The notes under the pieces are model-generated. The model was not told the origin of the DNA. It saw only the letters and a program-made list of their open reading frames with translations, and did no database searches. Shown here piece by piece: positions 55,039 through 64,000 of a stretch of DNA of 64,000 bases (position 1 is the stretch's first letter; each line of letters opens with the position of its first letter). This DNA is from a virus (lineage: Duplodnaviria; Caudoviricetes). Position numbers and translations under genes: made by a program. Location: IMG/VR virus record IMGVR_UViG_3300020050_009209, one strand, 5' to 3'.

Positions 55039-55406
55039 TTGTCTTCGAGTACCCTAGTGCCTTGAGCAAGTTGGTGGGGAGTATTGTCTACCAAGTAGTC
55101 AACCAGTGCGTGCATAGCATCCGATACACCACCCGTTATGTGAGCACGGCCTAGAAATTGATCGTCGACCCGATCGTAGGTAGGTACTCTCCCACCACTT
55201 ACAGTGGATACCGAGCGCTGCCATCTCTCCAGTGTTGCCCCTCTATCGGAGATGCGCAGGTGCACCCAACGTCCGCTTGTATGGTGCGCCTGCACATCTA
55301 CTCGTCTAGCAACCGAGTCAACCTCTACCGAGCGCAGCTCCCACCCAAGCCTAGCAAGCTGGATAGTTGGAACGGTAAGTTGCACTGATAGCTCAGTTGA
55401 GATCAT
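55035..55406 (-). CDS. hypothetical protein
   Basis: ATGA overlap. Confidence 0.6.
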   Translation of the reverse strand: MISTELSVQLTVPTIQLARLGWELRSVEVDSVARRVDVQAHHTSGRWVHLRISDRGATLERWQRSVSTVSGGRVPTYDRVDDQFLGRAHITGGVSDAMHALVDYLVDNTPHQLAQGTRVLEDK

Positions 55407-55416
55407 TCGTTAAGCT

Positions 55417-55842
55417 TTACTCTACGCTCAGGACCATGACAGCAAAACCAGCCTTCTTAGCCTTGTAGGCCAGATCCCGGCTTCGGGTTGCGTTGTAGGT
55501 CTTTCCCCCAAAGGTAGCCGTAAATCCACCTCCAACACGGTTCCTGATGAACACGGTACCGTTGGTCGCCTGAGTAGCAGCAGGCTTCGAGGCAGCAGGA
55601 TTCGAGACTGGCTTGGGGGCAGGAGGAGCAGGAACGTATCGTGCTGCCTTTACCTCCTTGACTGCCTTCGGCTTGGGAGCCGCCTTGACCTTGGCCTTGG
55701 GAGCCTTGACCTTGGAAACCTTGGCTGGGGCTGGGGTTGCCAGAGACTGCAACTCCGTCAGGGGGACCTTTCGGATCTCAGAGAGAATGGCAGTGGCAAA
55801 CGACATGGCAATGGCTTTGATGGAGGCTTCGAGATTCGTCAT
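55417..55842 (-). CDS. histone H1-like Lys/Ala/Pro-rich DNA-binding protein
   Basis: N-terminal helix FATAILSEIRKVPLTEL; KAPKAKVKAAPKPK. Confidence 0.65.
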   Translation of the reverse strand: MTNLEASIKAIAMSFATAILSEIRKVPLTELQSLATPAPAKVSKVKAPKAKVKAAPKPKAVKEVKAARYVPAPPAPKPVSNPAASKPAATQATNGTVFIRNRVGGGFTATFGGKTYNATRSRDLAYKAKKAGFAVMVLSVE

Positions 55843-55911
55843 GATTTTCTCTTATTTGGGGGTAAATGGTAGGGGTTTCTCTTTGAGAGCCTACCGTGGG
55901 TGTTCAGTACC

Positions 55912-56058
55912 TTAGCGAGTTACTGCTTTTCCGTCAACAACTTTCTCAGACCAGTTAAGTTTAGGCTCATCCTTGCAGGTGAAGGTGTGCAGCTCGTACC
56001 CTTGGAGGTACTTGATGATGAACGTGCATCCACCTACGGAGCAAACGAACGGCTTCAT
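55912..56058 (-). CDS. 48-aa zinc-finger-like peptide
   Basis: MKPFVCSVGGCTFIIKYLQGYELHTFTC; GAGG SD; ATGA overlap. Confidence 0.5.
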   Translation of the reverse strand: MKPFVCSVGGCTFIIKYLQGYELHTFTCKDEPKLNWSEKVVDGKAVTR

Positions 56059-56225
56059 GGCCGTCCTCTCGGGAAGTAGTAGCGAAGAGCCATGATGTCT
56101 ACACCAAAATGTCTGGCGGCATCATCATAAGCGGCACGCTCACAGGCTAGGGGGTCCTGAGACTCCTGAGACTTGGGAGGGTTCTTCGTCTCCACGTCTT
56201 CCGTCTGCTTAGTTTTATCTGTCAT
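56055..56225 (-). CDS. small hypothetical protein
   Basis: TTAAGC-N16-CGTAGG 7 nt before ATG 56225. Confidence 0.6.
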   Translation of the reverse strand: MTDKTKQTEDVETKNPPKSQESQDPLACERAAYDDAARHFGVDIMALRYYFPRGRP

Positions 56226-56256
56226 GCTAGACCCTACGTAGAAGACTACACCGGGC

Positions 56257-56601
56257 TTAAGGTAATTTTGTTGGGATGGGTGCACTGACACAAGAAATAA
56301 GCTCCCGCTGAGCCTTGACCCAATCTTCCTTGCCCGTATTTTCGCAGGAAAGCTTCTGGACGAGACTCTGCAACTTGTATCGCAGGTCTCCCTTGTGCCG
56401 GTAGAAGCAGTAGTCTTCAATAGTGTAAGCTGTAGCATGCCCGTAGGCATCGTGGATACGGCCATTAGCTAGCTTGTACTGGCGTCCGGCTACAGTAAAG
56501 TACTGCCTGCCTACCTTGGTGACGACTTCTTTCCGATCGTCTAGACGGTTAACATCCACGATAACAACGGGGGTCCCTACGCTTACCTTCAACATGCTCA
56601 C
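56257..56601 (-). CDS. hypothetical protein
   Basis: VTKVGRQYFTV. Confidence 0.65.
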   Translation of the reverse strand: MSMLKVSVGTPVVIVDVNRLDDRKEVVTKVGRQYFTVAGRQYKLANGRIHDAYGHATAYTIEDYCFYRHKGDLRYKLQSLVQKLSCENTGKEDWVKAQRELISCVSAPIPTKLP

Positions 56602-56653
56602 CTTTACTTCACCATCTACGTGAGCTGAGGTGGGAATTTAACCGAAAAAGACG

Positions 56654-56681
56654 TTAAGGCTCGGACGCCACGTTACGTTAT
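56654..56681 (+). promoter_or_regulatory. TTAAGS-N16-CGTW putative promoter
   Basis: TTAAGG-16 nt-CGTTAT, 6 nt before ATG 56688. Confidence 0.6.
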
Positions 56682-56687
56682 AGAAGC

Positions 56688-56948
56688 ATGGCAACCTTCC
56701 GAAAGAATACGCAGGGCGATTGGGTGGTCCTTGGGGCATCTGACGAGGTGGTCCCTGGGACCTTCTGTCAGGTCTTCAAGAGGGATGGGAGCGTCCGTCG
56801 CATCTTTATCACTGGGGTGGGAGCACCTTTCGATGTGTCTGGCACCCCCATGGTGTATGGTTACATCGGAACGGCTCCTCGCACGGAGCGAAAGACCAAA
56901 GCTAGGAGCGAGTCTCCGAGGGAAGAGAACTTCGCGCTGCCATGGTAA
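56688..56948 (+). CDS. hypothetical protein
   Basis: Directly after the promoter motif. Confidence 0.7.
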   Translation: MATFRKNTQGDWVVLGASDEVVPGTFCQVFKRDGSVRRIFITGVGAPFDVSGTPMVYGYIGTAPRTERKTKARSESPREENFALPW

Positions 56949-56963
56949 GCACAATGAAAGAGA

Positions 56964-57275
56964 GTGCCTCAAATGGGCTGGGCTGACTCCTACATCGCAA
57001 AGCTACAGTCGGGGGAGGTTGTTAGCTTCCGCCCCCGAGGTAACTCTATGCAAGGCAGAATCGAGTCCGGTCAACTTGTAACTCTAGAGCCCCCAACCCA
57101 CCCTGTAGAAACAGGCTGTATTGTCTTGTGTAAGGTAGCTGGAGCCCAGTACTTACACTTGGTTTTGGCGGTAGGTGCGGACGGCCGATACAAGATCGGT
57201 AACAATAAGGGTCGTGTGAATGGGTGGTGCACGCCATCCCAAGTGTACGGAATTCTTACTAAAGTTGAGGCTTGA
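56964..57275 (+). CDS. S24/S26 peptidase-like protein
   Basis: FRPRGNSM..I..G, IVLCKV..YLHLV. Confidence 0.7.
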   Translation: MPQMGWADSYIAKLQSGEVVSFRPRGNSMQGRIESGQLVTLEPPTHPVETGCIVLCKVAGAQYLHLVLAVGADGRYKIGNNKGRVNGWCTPSQVYGILTKVEA

Positions 57276-57917
57276 GTGACAGGTAACATGAAGACAGATA
57301 CCGTTTTGGACCTCCAGTCGTGGGCCAATGCCAATGAGCCGGGCAAGGAGATGTTCTACGCCCAAGGTTTTTGGAATCAAGTCATGTTCTTACGGGACGA
57401 TGTTGCGGGAGTACTGAGTTCTGGCTCGAACATCTACCCGAAGATCGAGGGTAGGGTAATCTCCCAACACAGGTCGAAGTCTGTAAACCTACCCGTCGTA
57501 GCTTTTGCCCGCCCTGACCTGGAGTTGCGGATTGTCCTGCGAAACAACTTCTACAACTGGAAGATGAGCGTCAGCTCCTCGACCCCCATCGAAGCCGACT
57601 TCACTGGCTTGTTCATCGAGTCGCCCCCGTTGGAGCCTGATTACACTGGGGACAACCTTTCCAGAGTGTACTTCGAGGGGTTCCCACACGAGGAAATCTT
57701 CGGATACCGAAAGTCCAACTCTCTCAAGTGGAGTGCTGAGATTCACGGCAACTTTAACCTGATGACAACTCTGTTCCTCATCATGCGAGGGCTGGGTCAG
57801 GTGAAGCCTCTCGTGTATAACACAAGAGCTACGCACAAGATTCAGCTAGAGGAGGATGGTAAACGTCTTGACAAGTACTTGGCTGAGGCAAGAGCCAAAC
57901 GAGAAGCCCAAACATGA
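57276..57917 (+). CDS. hypothetical protein
   Basis: HRSKSVNLPV, RNNFYNWK, YFEGFP. Confidence 0.75.
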   Translation: MTGNMKTDTVLDLQSWANANEPGKEMFYAQGFWNQVMFLRDDVAGVLSSGSNIYPKIEGRVISQHRSKSVNLPVVAFARPDLELRIVLRNNFYNWKMSVSSSTPIEADFTGLFIESPPLEPDYTGDNLSRVYFEGFPHEEIFGYRKSNSLKWSAEIHGNFNLMTTLFLIMRGLGQVKPLVYNTRATHKIQLEEDGKRLDKYLAEARAKREAQT

Positions 57918-58159
57918 GTCAACAGTACACCTACATTGGGCCATACCTAGAGTATACAGTCAAGGACCACGAGAGGGGATGGTATCCTGATCAGGATGTC
58001 TATACATCCCGCCTTAAACGGCTAGAGCAGAGGCTTCGGGATTTGAAACCTCCATGTCTACTAGAACTCCACACTCTCGCCAAAGTCTACTCAATTCAGA
58101 TGCTATGTGGGCAAAGATTGCCTTTGGATCTGTCTCTGTGGGGTTGGATTCCAACTTAG
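57914..58159 (+). CDS. hypothetical protein
   Basis: ATGA overlap. Confidence 0.45.
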   Translation: MSQQYTYIGPYLEYTVKDHERGWYPDQDVYTSRLKRLEQRLRDLKPPCLLELHTLAKVYSIQMLCGQRLPLDLSLWGWIPT

Positions 58160-58335
58160 CGGTAGTCGGGATCATTATCACCAAGTAATCGCCCGTCATC
58201 ACGTATCCGTTCATCACGTACCTTACTTTGAGCTTAACCAAAGGCTTTGACAGGCATTGACCATGTCTGGCACCAAGCACCCGCGAGACCTGACAGCCTC
58301 AGCCGTCTCTCCCAAGATAGGGATGGGACCTCGCA

Positions 58336-59094
58336 TCACGTACCTCCTGCCATCTCAGACCAACGTGCCGATAACATTCGAGCGTAATCCGCTGGCTTCA
58401 GCCCATAGTGCCCAAAAGAGTACCCTTCGTTGCGCTCTACGAGTAGAGTAAGGCCATCGGAGGTTACCCCCCAATCACAACAGTAGGCAATGGGTGCCCC
58501 TGCTTCTTGATGAGCTGCTGTAGCTTGCTCGATAATGAGTCTGTCAGGGGCTTTCGACCAATCCCCACGATACAGACGAACATCTAGAATACGTCCTTGC
58601 AAGATGAATGCTCGGTACTCAGCTACAAACTGCACTGGAGTTGACGTCCAAAGCAGAGTGTCATCAGGCACGGTTACGGTCCTAGCTCTAGACTCAACAT
58701 CTCCAATCCAAAGCAGGCCTGTAAAGAGCTTGTGCTCCTTCGGCTTGATGAAGATAGGCTCGATACTGGAGCGAACTTCGATCATGGTTGCCGTACCAAG
58801 AGTACGCCCTAAGTAAGGTTGGAGTTCCTCTGGATAGTCCACGTTTTCCGGTGGGGTCTTACCCATGGCTTTGAGTCCTGCATGGACGTCTCCAATGAAC
58901 CCAGCAACTCCTACTGTAGGGCTTAGGTCCACCTTTTCAGCAAGATCGTCGACCCAGTAGAAGGGTTTCGTTTCTACCCCATGCGTCCACATGCCCCTAC
59001 GAGCATAGTCGCACAACTCGCCATCGGGAAATTCTTCTCGATATCGAACGTAGAAGGCAGTGGCTTCAATGTTACCTAAGATAGGATACGACAT
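58336..59094 (-). CDS. ATP-grasp protein, R2K/DUF4343 family
   Basis: DYPEEL, FIKPKEHKLFTG, EYRAFI, YCCDWG, LVERN. Confidence 0.85.
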   Translation of the reverse strand: MSYPILGNIEATAFYVRYREEFPDGELCDYARRGMWTHGVETKPFYWVDDLAEKVDLSPTVGVAGFIGDVHAGLKAMGKTPPENVDYPEELQPYLGRTLGTATMIEVRSSIEPIFIKPKEHKLFTGLLWIGDVESRARTVTVPDDTLLWTSTPVQFVAEYRAFILQGRILDVRLYRGDWSKAPDRLIIEQATAAHQEAGAPIAYCCDWGVTSDGLTLLVERNEGYSFGHYGLKPADYARMLSARWSEMAGGT

Positions 59095-59695
59095 AGGCTA
59101 GCCCTCTACGAACATACAGGTGCGGGACATTGTCTCTACCCACAACAAGCTCCCAATCCCCCTTGGGGTTAGACTTCACCGTTCGCTCCTTACGCACACC
59201 TTCATCCCAATCCATCTTAGGTTGTGGCAAAGCCAGCATGGAAACTGGGAACTTACGGTGCAAGTCGATTACATCCAAGCTGTAGCTACGAACTGCCTTT
59301 AGGCAGGCTTTGAGCTTACGATCCAAACTCATCTTTTTGTAGGCCTTTGGCGGGTCATTGTCGAGGGTGTACCCCTTCACGATGATGACTTGCTGTAACA
59401 GCTTAGCTAGCTCTATGTCTAGTGGAGGGCTCAAAAGTCCCTGAGGTGAGGGAGCTAGACAAGTCAACTCACAGAACAACCTACGAAGCTCTGGAGTAAG
59501 TTTTGGCCTCCACTGGTAATCCTCCCCCCAGTATCGACGTTCTAGTGTGGTTGGGTCGCAAATCCCAATAGGTGTGTCAACTAACTTCGTCGTCAACTCA
59601 GCTAGAGTCTCAAAGCATGCGTTAAGCTGTAAGCTAAGGAATTGGCCGGTATTGAGCTGTAGGCTGACAAGTTGGTCTGTAGATGAGCGGGGCAT
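59072..59695 (-). CDS. hypothetical protein
   Basis: Operon context. Confidence 0.65.
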   Translation of the reverse strand: MPRSSTDQLVSLQLNTGQFLSLQLNACFETLAELTTKLVDTPIGICDPTTLERRYWGEDYQWRPKLTPELRRLFCELTCLAPSPQGLLSPPLDIELAKLLQQVIIVKGYTLDNDPPKAYKKMSLDRKLKACLKAVRSYSLDVIDLHRKFPVSMLALPQPKMDWDEGVRKERTVKSNPKGDWELVVGRDNVPHLYVRRGLAYVVSYLR

Positions 59696-59895
59696 TATCT
59701 TTCTCCGTACTTCGCTTCAATGTAGTGGGACAGGTACACACCAATGACTACCCCTACAGCGACTAGTCGATCCAAGGAAACCAAACCGCTTGAGAGTAGA
59801 TGGACTGACATCCCCAACACAAATATGGTCAACGTGGATAGGAACCCAGCAAGGAGTAACCCCCAGAAAGCATTAGTAGCTGGGGTTCCCCTCAT
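59695..59895 (-). CDS. small two-TM membrane protein
   Basis: Two hydrophobic segments. Confidence 0.6.
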   Translation of the reverse strand: MRGTPATNAFWGLLLAGFLSTLTIFVLGMSVHLLSSGLVSLDRLVAVGVVIGVYLSHYIEAKYGER

Positions 59896-60422
59896 AGCGC
59901 ATCCAAACTAGCTGCTATATCAAGTAGACGCTTACATCGTACGCAGGTAACGTTAGCTATTTTGCCACTGTGAGCCCCCCTGGCCGCAATCCGGTCCCTA
60001 TCTCGACCATTTAGACAAGCAGACCGCCCCTTCTCATGTAGACCACACCTAATGACAGACAGCTCGCCAGAGTAGTGGACGACTATCTTTGATGGCTTTT
60101 CTCTTCTCTGCCACTCCGCGTCCCACTCGAACTCCAAGAGCTTATTGACCGCCTCAATATGGGTTATCAATGCTCTTTTCCTATCTCCAGATAGGAGAGC
60201 TTTTGACGCTGCTAAGACCTCAACGATAGCCTTTGCGTGAGCTTGAGCCCTGCGGGAATTCTTGACCCACTCTCCGTACACCTCAGGTCGATAGACCTGA
60301 ACAGGGTCGTTCATGTCGAAGTTGACATGGCTTGCTTCGTACTCGTAGGGTTCGGTCATGGTTTTCCCAGCTTGAATCCGATCAACAACTCCAGTCCAGC
60401 CTTTGCCAGGCGATCCCGCCAC
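59892..60422 (-). CDS. hypothetical protein
   Basis: C-terminal VTCVRC. Confidence 0.6.
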   Translation of the reverse strand: MAGSPGKGWTGVVDRIQAGKTMTEPYEYEASHVNFDMNDPVQVYRPEVYGEWVKNSRRAQAHAKAIVEVLAASKALLSGDRKRALITHIEAVNKLLEFEWDAEWQRREKPSKIVVHYSGELSVIRCGLHEKGRSACLNGRDRDRIAARGAHSGKIANVTCVRCKRLLDIAASLDAL

Positions 60423-60425
60423 GAA

Positions 60426-60983
60426 TTATCTCTGCCTTGACATCGGATAATGGTTTTCGTACAGCGGTCCTTGGCTGGAATGCTCCTTCCGTCGTGGTAC
60501 ATCTTGCACTCGCACCCCTCGAAGGACTCCCAGATCGCTTTGCGAAGGGCCTTCTCTCTTTCCGCTAAACGCCACCAAATTTTGGGTTACGCTATCGGAA
60601 GTTGGAGGGCCCCCCAGTGCAGCTCGGCATCGTCCAATGAAGTCCCGTTCTTCTTGCGCTTCCTCTTTGTCAAGGTCGCCAGATTCCTCACTTGCCTCTA
60701 CCGCCATATCTAGGTGGGTGCATGCCTCTTGCAGCGTCGTTTTCAGCCTCTCCACCTCCGCCTCAGCGGCAAGCACCATGGGTCCGAGCCTCTGAATAAG
60801 CTCCTCATCCATGAGAGTGCGAGCCTCCGCAGCCTGAAGCCGCGCGGAGATCTTTACATTCTCGGCAAGAAGGTCCCTCACATCATCTAGGACCTGGATC
60901 GTGAGACAGTCACGAGAGTCCATAATCCCGTTAGCCCACGCCATGTTTCGCAGTCGTTCCCTTGAATCTTCTGTTGTCTTCAT
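60426..60983 (-). CDS. hypothetical coiled-coil protein
   Basis: AAEAEVERLK. Confidence 0.6.
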   Translation of the reverse strand: MKTTEDSRERLRNMAWANGIMDSRDCLTIQVLDDVRDLLAENVKISARLQAAEARTLMDEELIQRLGPMVLAAEAEVERLKTTLQEACTHLDMAVEASEESGDLDKEEAQEERDFIGRCRAALGGPPTSDSVTQNLVAFSGKREGPSQSDLGVLRGVRVQDVPRRKEHSSQGPLYENHYPMSRQR

Positions 60984-61441
60984 GTTGCCGGATGTGCAAT
61001 TGGAGTATTTGGCTTCTTTCGGATTCCGTAAGTGGTGCGCTTACGGTTCCCATGGTTGGCTACCCCCCAGCCATCGAGATCTCTACGGACCCAAGCTTTC
61101 AGCTCAGCCACAATGAGCTTAGCTTCACGCTTGTAAGCTGCGAGGTCTAGGACCATCCCATTTACTTCGATAGGCTCAGCTTCACAGGTTTCCACTTGGG
61201 CCTTTGTTCCCCATCCTACGGATAGCTCCTTGAGTGCTTTCTCACACATAGCTACTCTCGCAGATAGAGTCCGATTACGAAACTTCATGGCCATTGCTAG
61301 CACACCAGGGACCCCAGGAGGCCACTGATCTCTGGTAAACCGAGAGGCGCTCATGGAGCCCATCAAACTTTCAGGGGTGACCACCTTGTTCTTCTTTCGC
61401 AAGGTATTCGCCCGATACTTAAGTAGCTCAAGTAGAGTCAT
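60980..61441 (-). CDS. hypothetical protein
   Basis: ATGA overlap. Confidence 0.6.
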   Translation of the reverse strand: MTLLELLKYRANTLRKKNKVVTPESLMGSMSASRFTRDQWPPGVPGVLAMAMKFRNRTLSARVAMCEKALKELSVGWGTKAQVETCEAEPIEVNGMVLDLAAYKREAKLIVAELKAWVRRDLDGWGVANHGNRKRTTYGIRKKPNTPIAHPAT

Positions 61442-61445
61442 CTAG

Positions 61446-61790
61446 TCACTCGCCTTTCGTAAATTCGGTAATGATTCTCGTAGGCCAGTCCACACTCCAA
61501 TCATACCGATTGACACAGAGTCTATGGATCTCAGTCACTAGCTCTAGTTCTTTTTCTCCCCAATTGCAGGTGCTCCCGTAAAGTACGTAATCGTGAGCCA
61601 CTGGCTCGACCTTATAGCCCACAGCTGGAGAGGTAATTTGCTCTCGTACTATACCATAGGAGAAGGGTAGTGTGCCTCCTTCCCCTTTGTTAACATCTAC
61701 GAATCGAATCAGGTCCCCAGGCTTGAACTTGAACTTGACATTCTCTGCCCAAAAGTTGTTGAGCAGCTCCCTTTTCTCGTCTTCTGTCAT
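61446..61790 (-). CDS. hypothetical SH3/KOW-like protein
   Basis: KFKPGDLIRF...EKELELV. Confidence 0.6.
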   Translation of the reverse strand: MTEDEKRELLNNFWAENVKFKFKPGDLIRFVDVNKGEGGTLPFSYGIVREQITSPAVGYKVEPVAHDYVLYGSTCNWGEKELELVTEIHRLCVNRYDWSVDWPTRIITEFTKGE

Positions 61791-61793
61791 GCT

Positions 61794-63509
61794 TCACTTC
61801 ACATGCTTTGCGAGATAGCTAAGAGCTAGCTTCTTAATGTGCCCTGGGTCCACCTGAAGCCGTTCGAGCAGGTCTCCCTCCTCTGGTTTGAGGGCTCCGT
61901 CCAGTTGCTGGAGCTTCAAACCTAGGACCTCGGATACGATAGGGTCAGACCCTGTATTGGCAGTGAGGTAGTAAGCTACCACGGGATTACCTTGACCATC
62001 TCGATAGACTCTAGCCAGACACTGATCCATTACACCAGGAGACCAGTCCAACTCCGCAAATACGACGGTACTGCATTTGAATTGTAGCCCGTCCAACCCA
62101 GCCCCACTTCGTAGGGACATGAGAAGGATCTGACTATCCCCATCGCAGAATGCCTTCTTAGCTCTCTCTTTTTGACCTACCGTCTCAGACCCCGTGTAGA
62201 GTAGGGGATTGAACTCCTTTAGGCGATCTAGAAGGATGCTGTACACCTCTCGATGCCAAGCGAAAACAAGGATCTTCTCCCCACTCTCAGCTAACATCTT
62301 CACGAACTCCGCAACAAATGGAGCCTTTGCCACTCCTGTTGCTTGTCGGAGCTTGTTGGATAGCTCCTCAGAGGCGAGCATCTTGGCTCCCTTCTTGACC
62401 TCTTTCTCCCCAAGGATGATTCGAGCAAGCTCCATGCAAGCATCATTGACCTTGTTGAGTGCCTCAGGGTTTGCGTCTACCGTATGCTCAATCTTCTGTA
62501 GAGCTGGTAGCTCTCTCGCAATGTCCTTGCGTGTTCTCCGTAGCATCATCCCAGAGCCTCGAAGATACTCTCCAAACGCCTTTGGCGAGGCTAGCCTAGG
62601 CTTATCTCCATAGGTGTGAGAACACCACTCCCGAGTAAACTCCTCGAATGACCCGAGTTGGCCAGGGAACAGGATGTTCAGAACAGCGTAGAACTCACCT
62701 CCATAGTTGAAGATAGGAGTAGCGCTCAAACCGCTACGGTATTGAGCACTTTCCGCAAGCATTGCCGCTGCCTGGTACTTCGCTGGAGTCTTCGATCCAA
62801 ACCCAGACCTTAGCTCTTGAATCTCATCGAAAATGACAGACTTCAATCCCGACTCGGATAGCGTGTGAGCCCAACGGGCCAGCTTCGCGTAATTCAGGAT
62901 GGTAACGTCAGGAAACTGAGGGGCAATCTTGTACTTCTTCGCTACGGCCTTTGTCAGGTCGTAGGGGTTACCTACCTTAACCACATGAGTCTTCAACTGA
63001 GGTAGGAAGCGATTGACTTGCTCTTCCCACTGAGGCGGAAGACTGGTCATCGTAACTACCAACGCTGGAAGGGTCTTGGCGTCACTGAGGGTACAGAGCG
63101 CTGATACTGTCTTTCCCGTGCCAAGATCGTCAGCTAGGAGCAATGCTCCTGTAGACAGAATCAGGTCTCCAGCAATCTTCTGGTAGTCCCTGGGGGGTAG
63201 GGCCAAGTCAAAGCTACGAGTTGTTGACGGGTTCGCTAGGAACCTCTGAACGAGACTCTCTTTTTCCTTGTGTACGGAGGACCGACCCTGAAGACGCTCA
63301 AGATCTAGAGCGGACACCTCGTAGGGCTCATATCTAGAGATGAACCATTCCAAGTCTCTTGCGGTCTCGGGGGAGTCACTGAGGTGAAGGGCCTTACTAG
63401 GCCCTTGCTGGGCCTTCGAGAAGACCCGCTTTGCTCGCATCAAGATGTGGGGTGGGGCCTCTAGAATCCACTCTTTTTTCTTGACGCCATAGCTTAGCTT
63501 CACAACCAA
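61794..63509 (-). CDS. SNF2-family helicase
   Basis: LADDLGTGKT, FDEIQ, SATP, MLRRT, GLDGLQ, QCLARVYRDGQ. Confidence 0.93.
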   Translation of the reverse strand: MVVKLSYGVKKKEWILEAPPHILMRAKRVFSKAQQGPSKALHLSDSPETARDLEWFISRYEPYEVSALDLERLQGRSSVHKEKESLVQRFLANPSTTRSFDLALPPRDYQKIAGDLILSTGALLLADDLGTGKTVSALCTLSDAKTLPALVVTMTSLPPQWEEQVNRFLPQLKTHVVKVGNPYDLTKAVAKKYKIAPQFPDVTILNYAKLARWAHTLSESGLKSVIFDEIQELRSGFGSKTPAKYQAAAMLAESAQYRSGLSATPIFNYGGEFYAVLNILFPGQLGSFEEFTREWCSHTYGDKPRLASPKAFGEYLRGSGMMLRRTRKDIARELPALQKIEHTVDANPEALNKVNDACMELARIILGEKEVKKGAKMLASEELSNKLRQATGVAKAPFVAEFVKMLAESGEKILVFAWHREVYSILLDRLKEFNPLLYTGSETVGQKERAKKAFCDGDSQILLMSLRSGAGLDGLQFKCSTVVFAELDWSPGVMDQCLARVYRDGQGNPVVAYYLTANTGSDPIVSEVLGLKLQQLDGALKPEEGDLLERLQVDPGHIKKLALSYLAKHVK

Positions 63510-63850
63510 CCTCCCACATGAAGGACGCGTACAGGCTTTCCTTGTAACACGGAAACGAGCCCCTTGTGAGAGCTTTTTGTGGTTACAAGAAGTAGTCCCT
63601 CAACCCCTGGGGAGGCTAGATACCGATGAATCTGACGCAGCATAGGGGCTAACCCACCACCTACCTTGACCTCTAGTCCCAGAGCACCCACAAGGAAGTC
63701 TATCCGCGACTTCGCATCTAGCTTGACCTCCCTCTGGTAAGAGTATCCTAAGGTCTCCAGGGCAGCTTGGAGGGCGTCCTGTAGCACTACCTCACTATCG
63801 AACCGGTACTTGTAGCTACTCAAGCCTTCATGTAATTCGTCTAGAGTCAC
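63500..63850 (-). CDS. PD-(D/E)xK nuclease-like protein
   Basis: EVVLQ, YQREV, RIDFLV..LEVK, QIHRY. Confidence 0.75.
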   Translation of the reverse strand: MTLDELHEGLSSYKYRFDSEVVLQDALQAALETLGYSYQREVKLDAKSRIDFLVGALGLEVKVGGGLAPMLRQIHRYLASPGVEGLLLVTTKSSHKGLVSVLQGKPVRVLHVGGWL

Positions 63851-63867
63851 GAAGAGCAGGTAGCACG

Positions 63868-63923
63868 AAATGGTCTATCAGACCATCGAAAAGGTAAATG
63901 GTCTATCAGACCATCGAAAAGGT
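63868..63923 (+). repeat. 28-bp tandem duplication containing a palindrome
   Basis: AAATGGTCTATCAGACCATCGAAAAGGT x2; ATGGTCT-atc-AGACCAT. Confidence 0.9.
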
Positions 63924-64000
63924 AATGGGTAGGTACCGATCAACTTGATTGAGGTGCTCTCGAATACACCCTTCGGTAAGACTGATCTCAACAAACGGCA

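Noticed and set aside
1-64000. Stop-codon reassignment (TAG or TGA)
   Set aside because: Recognisable genes are full length under code 11, and TAG, TGA and TAA all end genes with tight coupling.

Overview
Gene-dense 64-kb segment of a large (probably jumbo) dsDNA bacteriophage genome. It uses the standard genetic code, has roughly balanced GC by eye, and carries about 100 short, tightly packed or overlapping ORFs. No capsid, terminase or polymerase gene was recognised. Recognisable genes are RNase HII, a MazG-like pyrophosphatase, DUF1848, a YkgJ Cys-cluster protein, a DHH phosphoesterase, a solo TnpB element, a Dam-type methyltransferase, one HNH and two GIY-YIG endonucleases, a vWA protein, three AAA+ ATPases, a zincin metalloprotease, GNATs, a 2H phosphoesterase, a lysozyme-fold protein, a GH73-type endolysin, a GT51 transglycosylase, dNMP kinase, a DUF262 + ABC-ATPase pair, PyrB, a J-domain protein, a secreted esterase-TSP-CBM2 protein, an NDT-like protein, a P-loop kinase, an R2K ATP-grasp protein and a SNF2 helicase. 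Several genes look myxobacterial (inference). The most striking signals are recurring codes rather than domains. (1) An N-terminal peptide tag, [RK]V-x-x-R-[FYW]-x(1-3)-A, sits on unrelated proteins and is a candidate capsid-packaging/injection signal. (2) A second tag, [ST]R[FY][DE]R[ILF], sits mostly at the C-termini of about 9 unrelated small proteins. (3) Three upstream DNA motif classes lie at near-fixed short distances from start codons, one of them coupled to start-codon-sequestering hairpins (a perfect 15-bp stem at the endolysin). All calls come from reading motifs by eye; no database searches were run.
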